NCBI RefSeq assembly: GCF_006345805.1
Contig: NW_021827058.1
Span: forward strand, 1-11,214
From: Octopus sinensis
Lineage: Eukaryota
DNA length: 11,214 nucleotides
Reading direction: 5' to 3'
A program made the position numbers and the translations under genes. The notes beneath the pieces are model-generated. The model was not told the origin of the DNA and did not search any database. It was given only the letters and a program-made list of their open reading frames with translations. Shown here in pieces: positions 9,049 through 11,214 of the stretch. Numbering within the stretch: the first letter of the stretch is position 1; the number at the start of each line of letters is the position of its first letter.

Positions 9049-9527
9049 TATCATAAGTTGAAGACGGGAAGGATGACTTCCCTTTGCAAATACTGACAGG
9101 ACACAGAAAGTGTGTCTATGGCCAGCTGGAAGAGTGTGTCCTCCTGGGGCTAAAAACTACAGTAGCATCCACCCTTAGGGGTAGCCATATTGAAATGGCA
9201 AATATACGTCACGATGTGTTACCGCTACTGTATATAACTCACTTTGATATTATCATTGTTTGATTTCACTTTTTCGATATCAGCGACAGTGGACGCTGGA
9301 AAAAGATAAGTATTTGTGAGGGAAATCTAATTATAGGCGACAACTATGATTGTCACACGCTGACTACAGTAGCATCTACCCTTAGGGGTAGCCATATTGA
9401 AATGGCAAATATACGTCATTATATATATATATATATACATGTATATATATAATCTAGTAGTTCTGAGTCAGCAAGACTTGAAAAAATATAGAAAAAAAAC
9501 GAAAGGGGTACAGTGAATTTGACATAA

Positions 9528-9683
9528 GGAGTGGAATATCCAACCATATCCTTGCCAACCACAAGGTTCTGGGTTCAATCCCTCTGAATAGCACCTTGGC
9601 CAAGTGTCTTCTACTATAGCCTTGGGTTGACCAAAGCCTTGCGAGTGGGTTTTACCAGATGGAAACTGAAAGAAGCCCATTCC
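9528..9683 (+). mobile_element. tRNA-derived SINE, 5' part
   Basis: B-box-like GGGTTCAATCCC (9571-9582), then GCACCTTGGCCAAGTGTCTTCTACTATAGCC...GGAAACTGAAAGAAGCCC and (TA)n. Homologous to 6591-6740. Confidence 0.7.
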
Positions 9684-9745
9684 ATATATATATATATATA
9701 AGCAAATAAGTGGAGTTCAACGAAGATGTTATTAAAATTCTTTTA

Positions 9746-9828
9746 CTTTCGACATATGTTTCGAAGACAACATTGGTTTTATTCCAAAGGAATAAACGGT
9801 GTAAAATGCAATCTTCTCATCAGGAAAG
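9746..9828 (-). ncRNA. Solitary type I hammerhead ribozyme with extended stem II (family D)
   Basis: Minus strand CUUUC-CUGAUGA-GAAGA-[44-nt structured insert]-UCUUC-GAAA-CAUAUG-UC-GAAAG. Stems I and II are perfect 5-bp helices; stem III is the palindrome ACAUAUGU. Predicted cleavage between 9751 and 9750. Confidence 0.8.
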
Positions 9829-10382
9829 AAAGAGAGCCTATCTCAACAACAAGACATTATAACAATTACGATGACTGCCTAAATGATAAACAGAACGTTT
9901 TTAGGTATTTAAAAAACCGTTTTAAAAACGCTTCATCCGTGTTGCTTGTGTGAATTTTGCTACCCTGGTAACTGTTTATTGAATTTTCCATGTTAATGGT
10001 AAACAAAGGATAATTCATTCATCCATTTATATATATATATAGACACACCTTTATATATGGTTACAGGACGTCACCAACAGTGCAAACAACATGAAATATG
10101 TAAACAAATGAGTTAAATATGGAAAACAGGACAAGTAAACACAGAGAAAGGATCCTTCATCAGTTGTCGGCTGTCTATCTATGACAATATGAGTCTTCAA
10201 AGACAGTTGCTCCCATAAAGTCTAAAATTAAATTTAGGATTTATGGAGGGTCAAAGTTGGGAACAAAAACATGACAGTGGAAACATACAAGGAAACCGAA
10301 TGAAAGCAAACATGGAGGGTCGTTCGACCAGAACGAGAGGAAATATATATATATATAATATATATATATATTATAATATATA

Positions 10383-10625
10383 ATCACCATGATCACCATG
10401 ACCGACCAGGGTATCAGATGTTGCTACACATCACTGGTCACAATGCGTTTCGCATTGTTTTAGCCATCAAATGATGCCACCCCGCTGGCTAAATCAGCAG
10501 GCCAACAGAAGAAAGAGCGAGAGAAAGTTGTGGCGAAAGAGTACAGCAGGGGTCGCCACCACCCCTTGTCAGAGCCTCGTGGAACTTTTAGATGTTTTTG
10601 CTCAATAAACACTCAATGCGCCTCC
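10383..10625 (-). mobile_element. SINE remnant, probably with most of the tRNA head deleted
   Basis: Resembles a cephalopod SINE as I recall it (GGAGGCGCA start, GAGTGTTTATTGAGC, (ATGGTG)-type tail); not verified. Confidence 0.5.
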
Positions 10626-10694
10626 ACATATATATATATCATCATCATCATCATCGACGTGATTATATATACATATATATATATATATATTTAC

Positions 10695-10726
<32 letters not shown>

Positions 10727-10744
10727 GTGTGTGTACATGCAAGT

Positions 10745-10950
10745 CTTTGTGTTTATGGTTGTCTCTCACCACTGATTGATAACCGGTGTTGGTGTGTTTA
10801 TGTCCTTAGCGCTTGGTGGTTTGGCAAAAACGCTGAAAGAATAAGTACCAGGCTTAAAAAGAATAAGTCGATTCATTTGACTAAAAATTCTTCAAAGCAG
10901 TGCCCCAGTATGGCCACATTCTAGTGACTGAGACAAGTACAAGACAAAAG
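10745..10950 (+). mobile_element. SINE 3' region following a (TA)/(CA)/(TG) microsatellite
   Basis: CGGTGTTGGTGTGTTTATGTCC...GAATAAGTACCAGGCTT...GGCCAC...GACTGAGACAAGTA resembles a recalled cephalopod SINE tail; not verified. Confidence 0.5.
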
Positions 10951-11214
10951 ACACACACACACACAGAGACTGGGGTTGGTTCAATCCAATCTACTTAGTC
11001 TTTTAAAATCTGTCGGCTTCTACTAATGTTAGAAACATCTGTATCTACACTTTCACGCCTTCTCTAACGTTTCTTCTTCAAATTGTTAACATTTTGTCTG
11101 CGATGGAGGAAGGTTGTCTGTCAAAACGTATTTGGCAGCCGACACTTAGAGAGAGATGGCAGACATTTTGTTAAGAGGCCCAGAGAGTGTGTGATGAAAA
11201 AGAAAAAGAAATAA

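Larger units (their letters stand above)
8016..9418. mobile_element. Retrozyme/Penelope-pLTR-like array family C: inverted partial unit (8016-8297, minus) plus three tandem 352-bp units and a deleted partial unit (8294-9418, plus)
   Basis: CTGACGAGAGG recurs at 8306, 8658 and 9010. 8016-8297 is the reverse complement of unit sequence. (TA)n lies on both sides. Confidence 0.88.

Noticed and set aside
8380-9096. Repeated 63-75 aa ORFs in array C
   Set aside because: Short, start at TTG-type codons, vary between copies and have no homology signal; they recur only because the unit does.
10145-10175. CTGATGA core on the minus strand (10157-10163), possibly in a Penelope-like repeat fragment
   Set aside because: No downstream GAAA/NUH or stem I partner, so no ribozyme can be folded.
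11060-11145. Degenerate HHR-like words (minus TTGAAGA-A-GAAACGTT; plus GGAGGAAGG...AAAACGT)
   Set aside because: Stem II is absent and stem I is unsupported; could be chance or heavily decayed.

Overview
AT-rich eukaryotic repeat DNA with no intact host gene. The SINE-like repeats and (TA)n/(GAT)n microsatellites resemble cephalopod (Octopus-like) genomes; this taxon is an inference from recalled repeat families. Main result: three sequence-unrelated type I hammerhead ribozyme (HHR) families lie within 11 kb. Family A is a ~360-bp tandem array (1-1398) with a U3-A8 variant core. Family C is a 352-bp tandem array (8016-9418) with a canonical core, flanked by (TA)n on both sides. Family D is a solitary HHR with a long stem II (9746-9828, minus). 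All three have a palindromic stem III of the dimer-cleaving kind known from Penelope-like element pLTRs and metazoan retrozymes. Both HHR arrays contain a head-to-head fold-back. A third ~350-bp array with no recognisable ribozyme (B, 1401-2743) is fused to array A. The rest is a 5'-truncated RTE-like LINE, SINE-like elements (some with pseudoknot-like modules) and microsatellites.
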